64,000 nt of DNA from Octopus sinensis (GCF_006345805.1 NC_043023.1:17732001-17796000); one strand, 5' to 3'. Positions 39,677 through 55,066 are shown, counted from the stretch's first letter. Numbers and translations: made by a program. Notes: generated from the sequence alone by a model not told the origin.

Positions 39677-42600
39677 AGAATGAGAGAGAGAGAGAGAGAG
39701 AGTGTGTGTGTGTGTGTGTGTGTATATGAAAGAGATAAAGTTAGAGGTAGAAAGAGAAAAAACTTTGTACATACCCCAGGCCAGAATTGAACTCCTTATC
39801 ATAAAAGATCTCTGAACAGTTTGTGATATAACATCCACAGCAAGGCAAACTTGAAGTACTTCTACAGTCATCCACATAAGAGATGTCATAAGGAAGTAAT
39901 GTATGAGAGCAGCCACTGCCTATAACAACAACAAAAGCAATAATGAATTATAAAGTCTTATATAGTTTTGCAGGGGCTGAATATAATTAAGAATATCGAT
40001 ATCAGATCTTGGTTAATATTTTGTATCATCAAGGCGGCGAGCTGTCAGAACCGTTAGCACCTCGGGCGAAATGCTTAGCGGTATTTCGTTTAGCCCCTGG
40101 TGGGTAGTAAAGAAATAGGTATTTTGTCTGTCGCTACGTTCTGAGTTGAAATTCCGCCGAGGTTGACTTTGCCTTTCATTCTTTCTGGGTCGATTAAATA
40201 AGTACCAGTTACGCACTGGGGTCGATATAATCGCCTTAATCCGTTTGGCTGTCCTTGTTTGTCCCTTCAGTGTTTAGCCCCTTGTGGACAGTAAAGAAAT
40301 AGATATTTCCTCTGTCTTTTCGTTTTTATTTCAAATTCCGCCGAGGTCGACATACCTTTTGTCCTTTTGGGGTCGAATAATTAAATACAAGTTGCGCACT
40401 GGGGTCGATCTAATTGACTGGCTCCCTCCCACCAAATTTCAGGGCTTGTGCCTAGACTAGAACAGATTCTTGAAGGCGGCGTGCTAGCAGAAACGTTAGT
40501 ACGCCGGGCGAAATTCTTAGCGGTATTTCCTCTGTCTTTACGTTCTGATTTCAAGTTCCGCCGAGGTCAAACTTTGCCTTTCATCTTTTCGTACTGGGGC
40601 ACAAAAAGATGGCTCCCCGCCTCAAAAATTTCTGGCCTTGTGGCTAGTGTAGAAAAGAATATTTCATATCATCAAAAGGCGGTGAAGTAGCAGAATCGTT
40701 AGTATGCCGGACGAAATGCTTAGCGGTATTTCATCTGCCGCTACGTACTGAGTTCAAATTCCGCCGAGGTCGACTTTGCCTTTCGGGGTCGATTAAATAA
40801 GTACCAGTTACGCACTGTGGTCGATATAATCGACTTAATCCGTTTATCTGTCCTAGTTTGTCCCCTCTCTGTTTAGCCCCTTGTGGGTAGTAAAGAAAGA
40901 AGCATTTCGACTGTCTTCACGTTTTGCGTCGACACCAGTGTTTCACTGGTACGTAATTTATCGACACCGAAAGGTTGAAAGGCAAAGTCGACGGATTAAA
41001 TACCGCTGAGCATTTTGCCCAGTGTGCTAACGATTCTGCCAGCTCGAAGACTTACCAAAATAATAATAATGCTTTCAAATTTTCCACAAGGGCAGCAAAT
41101 TTGAGGAAGTGGATGAGTCGATTACAGCGACCCTAGTGTTCAAATGTTACTTATTTTATCGACACCGAAAGGATGATATGTTAAGCCGACCTCGGCGGAA
41201 TTTCATCATCGAACGTAGCATTTCGTCCGGCGCGCTAATGATTCTGCCAGCTCACGGCCTTAAATAATAACAACAACAACAACAACTATTCATGCCCTGA
41301 TACAGTCTCAGGCACTGACTCTCAGGGTCTGAGATATTATATGACTGGAAGTGTTAACATAAACATGTTTTGTCTTGGCATGAAATATGAGCTACAGCAA
41401 ATATTCTGCTTAATACCACAGATTTGCTTGTCAGTTGTTTGACCATAACCAGTGGAGAATGCCCCTAACTTACTGACAATATGTGCATCTCTAATCCCGA
41501 AGGGGTGGGGCCATCATAAACATGTGTTGATAAGAATTCTTTGGGACTTGAATAATTCCCCTTTGGAAACATGGGTGTTTCGTTCAAAATTCTTTAACAA
41601 CCCTTTTCATGTATCTTTTGAGCGGAATGGGCTACCCGACAAGAAGAAAATTCTAACTGGATACCACGTACAAGGTCATGCGCTGTTAATCTTGATATGA
41701 GGTCACCATGTCGCGCAAATATGGTTGTGATGCATGTGCCTGGTGTACCCTTATCAGACGAATAGCCGTGATGGGTATACAGGGTTTTGTATATTTTACC
41801 TCAGTGGGTATAGATATTTAGGGATTTTGGAGCTGGATGACGTTCTACACATACAAATGCAAGTCAAGGTCAGCGAGGAGTATCAAAACCGGGCGAAGAT
41901 GGTGTTGAAATCCAACCTGAATGCCAAATATTTGATTACCGCAATGAATATCTGGACAGTTGCGGTATTCAGATATAGTGTATCCATTATCCTCAAATGG
42001 ACTAAGGAGGGAATATCAGCATGGGATAGAAGGACGGTAAGTTGATGAACCCTAAAGCAAGCATAAACAGACTATATATGAAAAGAAAGATTGGTGGCAG
42101 AGGACTAAATAGTATAGAACTTTGTACAAGGAGTGAAAGGAGAATGCTTGCCGAGTATTTCATAAATAGTGATGAGGGTCTGTTGCTATATGTGGCGAAC
42201 GATATGGGTGTAAATGCAGATGAAATGATGGGCAAGGAAGAATGTAACCAAAGAGCTGAGGAGAAGAGAAAAGAAGACCTTCCAGGAATGAGAATACAGG
42301 GAAAGATTGAAAGGAATAAATAGGTTGTTAAGAATAATACAGCATTGTGAGCGAGGTAATTTCAAGGGTATCTCCGAAAGCCTGATCAATACTGCACAAG
42401 ACTAGTTGTCCCATCCGATTTAGGGAAGTGTAACATTTATAACACTTCTGACACCCAGAAATGCAAGCTCCATGGAAAGAGTGTGGAAAATGTGTTCCAA
42501 TTGGTAAGTGGAAGTGAGAGCCTTGCACAAAATGAATACAAGCGCAGCCACGAAAAAATGTGTGCGTATCTTCATTGGCTCTTATGCCGTAAATACCAAT

Positions 42601-45595
42601 ACGAAGTAAGAGAGGACTGGTATGAGTAAAGGTTTGAGCAAGTAAAGGTTTGAGGATGGAAAAGTAACGATACTCTAGAATTATGATTTTCAGACGGATC
42701 GTGTAATCGAACACCGTCGGCCGGATATTGTCATATTGAATAACAGAGACAAATTTGAATTTGGTCTCCTACTGGATGAAATCTGACGTAATAAACGGAT
42801 ATTCATAGTGTTTCATATAAAACAAAATTCATACTGGCTAAAATGTGTTTTCTCTTACCTTACAAGCAGCTGGTTTTGTCGTTGCATATTCTTGCATCCC
42901 AACAAGAAAGATAAGATTACTGACAGCTAGAGAAATGCACAGGCATACTAAAATCTTTGAAGCCATTAATTTCCTTAGATTTCTGAAATAATAGAAGAAG
43001 AAATCGCAAACATTTCATTTACTGAAGATTAAAACTTTAAAAATCATTCAATGCAAAATCATAACTATGTGCGTATAAGTGATGGTTATTTGGAACACAA
43101 ATGATAAATTAATAGATTTTAAGTTCAGATGTGCTGGAAAATATCTGTGTATATTGACCTGAATGAAATATAAAACATGTTTATCAGCACTTGCACCCAT
43201 AACGTAATTATTGCACTTGAGATGGGCTGCTACAGTCGGCAGCATTTTAACCAATATACTATTCTGTTTGTTTTATTTAATTTTCTGATGAATGTCACTC
43301 AGTCCTTTTTCAGAGCCGACATCTATTATTATTGGTGAGTTGAGCTGGGATGTGGATAGCTGATATATGGGGGACTGGAACCTAAGGTAGCCCCAACTCA
43401 CTTTTATTTTGGAGTGATTTAAGTGAAGGACTATTGAACAAATGACAGGCCATGCGTAATTTCTCTTCTTTTGTTTTATCTAAGTCGATGTTGTCAAATG
43501 GGTGCACTGAGATCAATGATTTTGGTCTGATGTTTTGATAGTGAAGGATAAACTACAAATTACCATTTCATGGTCTGAGAGGAGGTACTTTTGATTATTA
43601 CCCTAATGAATAGTGAGAGTGTGGTTGCTCAACGCTAGGTCTAAGACACGTTTCTTAATCTTCATTGTCGATATATCTGTGATTATACACGTGATATATG
43701 TATGATCTTATATAAGTCATGTATGTATGATGTTATATTTGATGTATGCATATATGATTGTATGTATGGTGGTATATAGGGTACATGTTTGTCTGAGAAC
43801 CCCACAAACTGATGGATGCAGCTTTTCTGTATTTAACCAGTTTATAAATGAAATTGAATTGCTTACTTGAAAGAAACATGAAGTATTACTGTAAGAACGA
43901 GAAAGACAAACGATATTCCACAGCCAACGTTTGATATGAAGTGGATATTCTTTGTATTTTCTTCAATCTGGAATAGAAACAAACAACAATATATTATATC
44001 CTCATCCACTTTTTCCGTATATGGTAATCAATACTTGTATAATATACGAGTGTGTATATATAGTCTTGATGTAGAAAGTGAGGATTACAAAAAGCTGCAT
44101 TAGAAACACTGTATTGCTGGGCCGCCTTCTGCTGCATGCTGGATGATGGACTATTTCCATGTGAAGATTCATATTGTGTACACACGAGGTGTATATGTAG
44201 AAGTATGAGATGTACCACTAGTCTATAGAGCCTGAGTTCAAATTGACTGAAGGTGTGTCTTTGTATATTTTATCCGGACAGATAATTCAAGCTGCTTCAA
44301 TTAAGCCATCTTAATTAAATAAGAGAGACCGATTTTGTAATGAGAAAGTAGTTATTTATTTCTCATTCCTTTAACATAATACAAAGTATGAACATTATTG
44401 CATTTTAAGACCTTCTTGGCGCTGGAAGTTAACCCTTAATTTTTTACGCAGCATCACTTTTACAAGTAGGAAGATTTCACTACTTCAGAAATAGTTTGGC
44501 CTTGCACACAAGACATTGTGAGTAATGACAAGATAAGAAAAACATTTACATATTTACTAAAATACCAATCAAAACAACAATTTAGTAGGTATGATAGTAT
44601 AGAACTCTTTTAAATTAATAGTACATAGATATACTGCCAAACTACATGTAAATACCAATTCATAAAGTTACCAACCATTTGCAGGGCAAAACTTGTCAGA
44701 TGGTTACAGGAACAGAGTACTTTCTCTCCAGGTACATACTCGGATGTAATACAGCCTTTCGTTGACCAACGGGGATCCTGTCCAGGAGATTGGTCCCAAT
44801 AAACACACTGTGGTTTGGTGGCAATCTTGGAAAAGTAAAATTCTAATAACTTAATGTACCTTCTAATTAAAAGACATGTCATTATGATAAGTCGTTACTA
44901 AATTTCACCGTATACTGATAATAATAGAAAAAGACATTGTACAGTATTGTTCTAGAAATACTTAATGAAATGTTTGATTACAATACGTTTACAGATGGGA
45001 TGTGTTTCATCATAAGTCAACTGAATCAGAGAATGGTAAGGATATTACAACAATAGGAAAAAGTACAGCAGGCATCATAAGCAAACCTAATGAAATTCAC
45101 ACTGAAATTACACAATCTCAGTCAAAAGCAATATAGGAACATACAAAAAACAATATAGTGATGATACTAAAATACAACACAAACATTCTGGAACATATCT
45201 TGTAGGAAATAAAAACATACATCACCATCATACAATATTGACATAATGAAGCCACAAGGCCTTGAAAGGAAACCTTAACATCAACAACAGCAATAAAAAA
45301 TGCACAGCCGTTACCTGATTTATTAAATTGTATGAGATAATTACTGGTTCATCAAGATTGGTTATTCGAATGTTAGGAATACTTGCAGCAATAACATTAC
45401 TGTAAATTTTTGTGATTGCTTTGGTTCTAGATTTTTGTATTACCTGTAAAGAAATGTCACGAAAGAAATTCATTCATTCAACTGAATAAGACTGCTAAAA
45501 TATGAAACGATTAAACATTAGTCTTGTTCTTAGACACCATTATTTTAGACAGCAGAACGACATATTATAATACATACATACATACATATATAATG

Positions 45596-45636
<41 letters not shown>

Positions 45637-46483
45637 TATTTAGTAATATGTCACCAAAGAGTCCGCTCAATTTGTTTTGATACTTAACTTCTAGCACTCT
45701 AAGTTACTAACTTACTAACTTCTAGCACTCTAAGTTACTAACTTAAGTGTGTCCTTTGCACATACGTCAACTTAGTTCGACGCGAGCTACTGGCGACCGA
45801 GATTTTATTCTGTCTGCCTGGGAAGACCCAGAAAATTGTGAAAGAAAAAAAATAACCTCACTTTATGCATTTATTATCTTAAAAAATCCGAGAAAACTGC
45901 CAAAAAATAAGGATTATGTTATGAAATGTGTGCCAGAAGCGGTTTTCAATATTCGGCCGTGAAAGTTTTCTGTTGAAAATGTTGTCCAACTAAAATTAAT
46001 AGTGTCACAAAAGTTATATCCGTTAAAAAAGAATTAACTTTTCAACAAAAATTTTTTGAACGGATATAACTTTTAATGTATTATCTGATTAATATTTTAC
46101 AAATAATTATTTACCCTGGGTATTTAGGATTTGTCCTTTATATAAGCTATTTTTGATTGAAGGTTTTCTTCGAGTTCATAAGATGATTTTAAACGAAAAT
46201 GTGATAATTGCATGCGACCGGTCATTGTAAAAACCGTTAGCTGAAAGGACCAATGAAACAAAACCATTTTCAAATGTGTATCCATTAAACTAATTGCATA
46301 TATTTGCTTATAACCTTATTTTTATTCCATTCTAAACAAAACTATTCGACGAACGGGAACCTGAAATTCTGATTAACAGTTTTTTGTGATACTTTTGGTA
46401 CTTTTTAATAAAGTATATTACTCTACCTCTGGTCTTTGTGTACGATTCTTTCCACCATGTTTCGCATTTATGTGCTTACTCTG

Positions 46484-46575
<92 letters not shown>

Positions 46576-46898
46576 TGGCAGCTGTGTTGTATTTGTACTG
46601 TTATCAAAGAAGGAACAATGAATTAAAACATTTAGTCAACAAAATTTCCATTTTGGTTCGTTCCATACCCTATATAGCTTATCCTCCCGCAAAGAAAAAA
46701 AGGTCATTCGTGACCATTTTGATTCTTCTCCTTCTTTCATGTGTGTTAATAAGCTCCTTCCTAATGAAATGAAGTTTGCCGTATCTTTTACCTGTAGGTT
46801 TGAATTTGAGTTTTGTATCTGAAAGAAAAAGAAAATGAAATGGATAAGCAAAATCTACTACTAGTACTAGTAATACAACTAGTACTACAACAACAACA

Positions 46899-46955
<57 letters not shown>

Positions 46956-48884
46956 GCTACTACTACTACTACTACTACTGCTGCTACTACTACTACTACT
47001 ACTGCTACTGCTACTACAGTTGTTGGAATTTGAATTTCTTCCACAACCGCTACATTACTAAAACATAACAACATAATATCTAAATCTACCAGAATCACCA
47101 CTTACTAATATCTTACACAAGCAACCACAAGGGTCTCTTCGTTGATCAATAAATTTTTGGTCTATTCAGTAGCTTTCTACTTTACGCCTCAATTTCTTTC
47201 TTGTTCTCGGATGCCCTCTTACATGGATACATCAGCATTCAATGCAAATTAGTATTATCTGAATCTATTCAGCCAAATACATCAAGTTGTAACTATTTAT
47301 TCGCCAAATATCTTGTAACTAGACACACACAAATACATACAACCAAATATATATGCACCCACATAGCCACAAATAATGGCAAATAGAACCAATGAACCTC
47401 TCACTATATTGGTTCACAGAAACTTCAAATATATATTAATAACACTGTTCATTTCACTATTGTAATCATGCACTTTAATTAATTGCTTCAAAATATTTTG
47501 AATCACAAATCAATTTACATTCATATTTTTTCTTCAGTCAATTTGCTTGTTTTATTCTGGTTTTAAAATCCGATGCAGAAGAAAGAAGGATCAGGGACAG
47601 TTTTGTCTAGACTGTTCCATTATAAACAAAACTGGCTGACGGACGGGAAGGTGAAACTCTGAGGAACAGCTTTTTGGTATTTTTTGCTGCTTTTCAATAA
47701 AGTATATGTATATATGTGTTATGTCTATTAGAAAAAATCTAATATATAAACAGATAACGACTTTATTTAACAAAAAATGTTATGAGGATAAAAAGTGAAT
47801 CATTTTCTATCATTTTATTCAATATACCACCGTCGTCTTCAACACATACTTCTGTATGAGTTCTAAATCATCTACATGCTCGAATCAAGTGGTCTTGGTT
47901 CATTTTAGACATTCCCAGACTATGGCAGCTTTCAAAGCATCTTTGGTGTTATGAGCGTTTTCATTGACCTCTCTCTCAACAACGCTCCGCATGTAATAGT
48001 CCAATGGATTGAGATTGGGGAATTAGGAAGCAAAACGTTAGGGGATATGTGATCATGAAAATGTTCAGCCGTGCATTCCTGTGTTACAAGAGCCATGTGT
48101 AATAGTGCAGAGACCTGCTGAAACACATATGATATTCCATTGCATACACTGTTTATCCAGGTCTTAACAATTATTACCAGAACCTCGCTGTAGTCGGTGG
48201 ATCTAACTCTAAGGCCCTGTGAAAAGATTCAATGAGGCATAATTTCTTCTTCATTGCTGACAGCCCCTAAAAACATGGCAATTGCAGAAAATGTTGTATG
48301 CATAACACTTGGGAATTCAGAAGGGTCTGCGCATAACCATCTATCATCTCTTCCCTTAACGTTTGATTTGGTCGAAGTTATTCTCGTTTGAGAAAAACCA
48401 ACTCAAATATTCTGCGGGATTTTTCAGATTGATTAAGAGCCTTTTAGATCTGGTGTAGTGATTTTCGTTTGCTTTTTCTGACAAATTTACTTTTCCTCGT
48501 CATATAAGATGACTTCGTGGAGAACATAGACAGTCCTCATGGATTTCTAGCGTTGCAATCAATGGTTTGTTGAACCTGATGGATAAATTCAGGTCTTCTG
48601 GTGATATCAGAGCGATTAGAATGCATTTTTCCGCTTTGATACCGGTGATACATTTCCAACATCAGTTTCTAGTTCCTTACAAACCTTGTAGACGAAAGAT
48701 CTGGGCACTTTTAAAACCCGAGATATTTCTGAATAGCTAAATAGCTATGCTAAGCCTCTATAACCAAAATAACAGCATGTCTCTTCATTTCTTGTGTCTG
48801 ACATTATTATTTTATGAAATAAATATTATGCAGAGATAGCAAAAAGTGCAGGAATAACCCCCAAAATATCCTCAAATAACATAT

Positions 48885-48951
<67 letters not shown>

Positions 48952-51498
48952 TTATATAAATAAGGATAAGATCGTTAATTTAAATATCGATCTCATCAAG
49001 TGGCCAGCATGGGAATAAAAATCTCCAAAGGTAATAATTAGGTTTTAGAATCACGTTTTGGCTGCTATTTCCACCGTGGTGGTATCTCTTAGATACCCTA
49101 AATTATAATATATATATATATGTGTGTTGTGTGTGTATGTATATGTGTGTGCGTACATAAATACATACATCCATACATACATAGACGGTTATGTTAGTAG
49201 AAAGCTCTGAGATGATAGTGACATCGATCGTCAAAGCAGTTTTATCGTGAAGCAATCGCCGGATTACCACCTCCTACTTTGAGGGCAATGCTTTTGCAAT
49301 ACAGGAACAAGAAATATGAACCAAGTGCCTGATACACAAAAGGAACAGAGATGCAGGACAAGCAGTAAAATGTGACAACCGACGCAGACTTTGTGGAGTT
49401 AACATTGAATAAATCACCCATATTATGAGCGGTTGTCCGAAAACGTCATCGCTGTATTATATGTAGATGAGACATGTCGTTATAGATAGGGCACTCTATA
49501 ATGAAATCTGTCGGAAGCTTAACGCTGAAGACAAAGAAATAAGAATCCACAGTATGGTAGAAGCCATAGCCATTCATAATAAAAAAGGAGTACTAGGGGG
49601 ATGTCACAGTGAAGACCTCAATAAAACGTAAGCAAACTTAATATAATAATGATTTGGGAAGCAGAAGAGAAACTGTGCACAGTTGGGAAAGTTAGCTGCC
49701 CATCAGATGTTAACAGAAAGTTGAAGGGCATTCAAAAGAGAACACCTACGCTGGACTATTGAGAAATCTGCAGTTTCTATATCCAGATTACAAGTTCAGG
49801 TTTATACCTGTAATTAGTGGGGCCCCGGTTTATATAACATACTGCCTAAATGCGAATCTAGAGAAAGTGAGCTTCTCAAATCTAGAAAGGAGAAAGCTTA
49901 TTTGACGACTGCTGATTCAATCCAATTGTCGACAATAATTTTTGCAGAAAAATGGCTGAAATCTAAGACCTTGGAAGTTTGATAAGCGTAAGACGCGAAA
50001 CCGGAACTCCCAGTTTCTTATATCAGGTCATCCCATAAGTTCTGTCTGATTTTACCCGTTTTTAAAATTGAATGAAATTTAATAGTATTTTCGAATGTCC
50101 AATGGAATTAAAAATTATTTTTTATGCATTTGCGTACATTTAAACAAATTAATTATTATTTTACAGAATAATAGAATTAAAATTTCTTTGATTCTAACAA
50201 AGAATTATCCAAAGAGCATTTGAGGCACATAATTCTTTATGAGTACAAAACATGAAACTCTGCAGCCGAAGCGACTCAAAACACGCACTCATTTCATGGG
50301 AAAGAATGCTTGAATCAAAGAACTTGCAGAATGTGGCTTGCAAAATTCAGAAGCGGAGAATTCAGCCTTGAAGATGAACATTGAACAGGATGTCCAGTTG
50401 GGGTTGATGATAATCTCCTTGAGGTATTACTTGAAGAAGATCCTGCATTATCAGTTGAAGAATTGGCAATAAAGCTTAGTTCAAACCATACAACTGTTCA
50501 TCGTCATGTTCAACAACTTGGAAAGTTTCCTAAATTTGGAAAATAAATGCCTCGTGAATTGCCCATAAGCAACCACAAATCCCGAGTTGACATCTGCTCT
50601 TCCCTCCATTCTCAGGAACATATTTCACCCTTTTTGGATAGACTTGTGACTGTTGACGAAAAATCGATCTTCTATCGAAATGTTAAACGTTGTAAACAGT
50701 GGTTTAGTAAAAGGGAAAAGCTCAACCACAACCGAGAAGGGAACGTCATGGAAAAAAGATTCTTCTCTCTATCTGGTGGGATTGCAAAGGAGTAATTCAC
50801 TTTGAATTGTTACCACTTAATACAACAATCAATGCTCAAGTCTACTGTCAGCAACTAGAGCGTTTGAACCAAGCTTTGGAGAAAAAAGCCCCGCTTTAGT
50901 GAATCGAAAAGGAGTGATGTTTCATCAGGACAATGCCACACTACAAAGATCACATCACAGAAGATCGAAGAGTTTAGTTGGGAAAAATTCCTCATCCACT
51001 TTATTCTCTCGACCCTACTCATTCAGGCTACCATTTGTTTCGTAGTTTACAGAATTATTTGGGGGACATAACTTTTGCAACCAGATGAGATCGAAACAGA
51101 CATTTCAGAGTTCTTCGTTCTGGAACCAAAACGTTTGAGATTGATGGGATTAAAAACCTTGTAAAGAGATGGAAGGAAGTCATAGATAGTCAGGGAAAGT
51201 ACATTGATGATTAACTATCAAATAAATATAACATTGGATCACTTGTTTTCTTTATTCAAAATTCGGACAGAACTTATGGGATGGCCTGATACAGTGTTGT
51301 AGTAGAATCCTTTGTTTCATTATGATCTCATTATTAGCATAAATTTTATAATAGAAATCAACTTTGCGTTTTAACATGCTCTTCTTTCTTAAATATCTAC
51401 AACCCACGATATGACACCTTTATGTTATACACTCACACAGACATCCACACAGACACACAGCCACACACACAATACACACATACACACGCACACACACA

Positions 51499-51550
<52 letters not shown>

Positions 51551-51732
51551 ATAGGGAGTATGGCTCTAAACTTATAGAGAAAAATTAGATTTAGTATTAA
51601 ATCAAATTTCACAGTTTAAATATATAAAATATAAAATATGAATTAGAGATAAAACCACTATTTGGCAACTGAAACAGTGATAGACATAAACCAATAAATA
51701 AATAACAAATAATATAAATATAAATATAATTA

Positions 51733-51817
<85 letters not shown>

Positions 51818-54510
51818 GTATATAATTTTTTTCCAAAAAGTATAAAAAGAATTATAAATGTAATATAAGTAAAAACACTAAGTACGTTTCATGGCTATAA
51901 TTTAATTTGAATTACAATTAAGTTTAAATTCAATTTAAATAAATTCGAAGTAAAATTGTAGTCAATCTTCAGGTTGATGATAATAGGTAAATAAATAAGC
52001 AAATAGAGTTTAACAATATTTTTAAAGAAAGAAATAAAATAATAATTTTTATTATAAAAAAGACTCCATTATATAAATTAGAAACTTAAAACATTAGGAT
52101 TATGTCATACAACCCATTTATTATGTTAAACATTTATTTTTAAGGTAGAAAATAGATAGACATGTATTTATCTATGAAGATATAATATGGCTTTAAAAAT
52201 CATAATAAACTCAAGAATATCCTTAAATCAGTTATAGTCCAATCTTTAATTACCAAATTATTTAACAACATAATCACTATTTTTAGATTTAAGTTCACAT
52301 CTAAAAATTATAAAATATTTAAAAATACTAACTAAATTATTATCAACAAATATAGTAATTAAAATCTAAAATTTACTCTATCAATAAATATATAGACATA
52401 TAATGAAAACTAAATATATTAATTAATTAGTCTATTACTACTTACATAAATATTAAATATCAATATAATATATTTATGAAATGCATTAAAAAATTAAAGA
52501 TTGAAAATCAAATTATAAACGTATAACCTATCATAAAAGCACCGTATAGCTATTTTACGATCTATGTATCTCGTGCGCTAAGTAATATCTTATAAATAAT
52601 GTATAGTTATAATCTAATAATTAAATACATATCATCAACAACTAAATAATTATAGAATCAAATTAGAAATCAGTAGTTATATAGTATACAATACAATAAA
52701 ATAAAACTTATTAAAATATCTTTAAAAATCTTAAACAGAAAAGGTTTACTTTCCTTTCAAAAACCGTATCATTAACTAAAATTTTAAAACGGGAAACGTC
52801 ATTGAAGCGTTTATTAGAATACTCGTGGAATTACGGTATTAACAGAAATAGAATAAACAGATGGAAAATTATTTTAACAATGAAATCTACGAATATATTT
52901 TATCAATGAAAATTACGAATAAATATTATCAATGGAAAATACGGATATAATTTGGTAATTAAATATTGGACTATAACTGAGTTAAGGATATTCGTGAGTT
53001 TATTATGTTTTTTAAAGCCATATTATATCTTCATAGATAAATACATATTTCTATCTATTTTTTTACCTTTTACCTACAATATGGTAAATTTATATATTAA
53101 CACTTGCACCATTTTCAAAATTGGACTTTGTGCGTGTAATCATGTACGCTGACCTCCTAATATGCTGCAAATCCCTTATTTTGCTTCGGAAAAATGGGGG
53201 TGGAGCGAGGCGGAATCCATCCCCAACCCCGGAATCATTGGAATTGTTTTATTCGTTGAATGAATTCCTGTCATCTCCTAATATGCTACTAAACACTTTG
53301 TGGATAGGTAATATCAAATAATTCAATCACAACTCAAATTTAATTTAAACATGGAAAAATTGAAATATTATCTTTCAGTATTTTATAAGATAAAATCAAA
53401 AATTATTAATTGACACATTATTGATTATCTTATAACAACAATGCCTGAAAATGTCATGAATTACATGGAAAATTGCGTGCAAGAAAAATAATATTCTTAA
53501 GATTATAAACCAGGAAAAGTACATGACAAGTTATTACATCTGCAAAAGTATAGGACAAACTATTACTTCAAGTAAAGAACGAGAAATATTTACTTAAAAT
53601 ATTGCAGCTAAAATTCAAATTTGAATATTAAACTTATTTTATTATAGTTTACAAATAACACGATATATATTTAAGTAGAATTTGGCTAATTTTCTATTTT
53701 AAATACAGAGAAAAGTAACTAACTAGACAAACTTACTAATTAACCGAACACTTTTGTATAATAAATTTAAAAGTTGACAACTGTAAAGAGTGATAAATTA
53801 GAAGAACTGACATTCTTCGTTGCAAAGTAAAAAGTTTCTTGTTATTCAATTTACTTGAAGGAATAGTTTGCCTTGTACTTTTCCTGGTTAATAATCTTAA
53901 GAATATTACTTTTCATGCTCGCATTTTTCCATGTAATACATACATAAATGCAAACAAAAATACTCCGTTGTTGATGTTGAAATTCCAAAGAAGGACCATG
54001 GGTCTAGAATTGAAACCAGCTCCCTCTCTCTCTCTCTCTCTCTCTCTCTTGGCAAGTAGCCTTGAAATAAGAATACATACAGTAAACAAATATTCTCATC
54101 CTTATGACAGAGTCGAGGGCCTTAGTACGAATATTACTTGTAAGTCCCTTTGCATTACCACACTCAGGGTCCATGAGTAACACCCAATAAACACTACTTG
54201 TCATACTAGTGTCTGTAAAAGTTTTAGTATGATACTTTTCTTGTGGGCGCAGTTTCTTCATACTGTACCGATTAATTTCGGTGTTCATTTTCCTGCAGCA
54301 AGAACTGTTCTAATTTCCTAGTTACAGTGATTTGTGTTGCAAATAATAGAAGCCAGCTACTAACCCTTGTCAAGTTCGGTTAGTACGACAGATTGCCAGT
54401 GTATGGTAAGCTGCTCAGCTTCCTTAGTGACTGCCATGACCTAGCTTATTCAAACGGTGTTTGCTGAGACATACACTGATCCAATCGAGATCGTGTGCCA
54501 AGCCCTGCAT

Positions 54511-54541
<31 letters not shown>

Positions 54542-55066
54542 CATCACTACTCTTAACATTTTGACTGATGGTCTAAGCAGCGAAGAATGTATAGTATATC
54601 TTTTATCGTTTACTTCTCTCAGTCATTATACTGAGGCCATGCTGGGGCACTGTCGTGACGATTTTATCGATTTGGGTATTTAGAACAAACGGTTAATAAG
54701 GGAGTAATCATGAGAAAGTATTATACCGTTGTCATAGCTTCAGTTCCATTATTTCCAAATGAAATACCATAGACAGCCCCATTGAACGTGTACTTCTCCA
54801 CTTTGATAACACCAATGCCAAGATTAGAATATAAAGCTGTGAGTTGCTGCTCTTTCAGTGGAATCTCTTCAGTGATTGCTTCTATAATGTCCAGCATTCT
54901 GTGAGAAAATCAAGAAAATAAATCTCAACAAAGAGTGTGTTTCAAATACGTAATTAGATATAGGTGTCATTACATTAATTAAATTGATTAATAAATCTAT
55001 TTATGCTACCATTGTTTCTACTACGTCTGCTGCTACAGCTGCCGTTGTTGCTTCTTTATCATCACT

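Noticed and set aside
43048-43157. Alternative TM1 exon ([14 protein letters not shown]...)
   Set aside because: It runs into a stop without a suitable donor; 43867-43967 gives a much better TM1 and the right phase.
51800-52900. Mitochondrial control-region insertion (NUMT)
   Set aside because: Very AT-rich, but no mitochondrial gene, tRNA or rRNA sequence is recognisable, and part of it is explained by the fold-back element.
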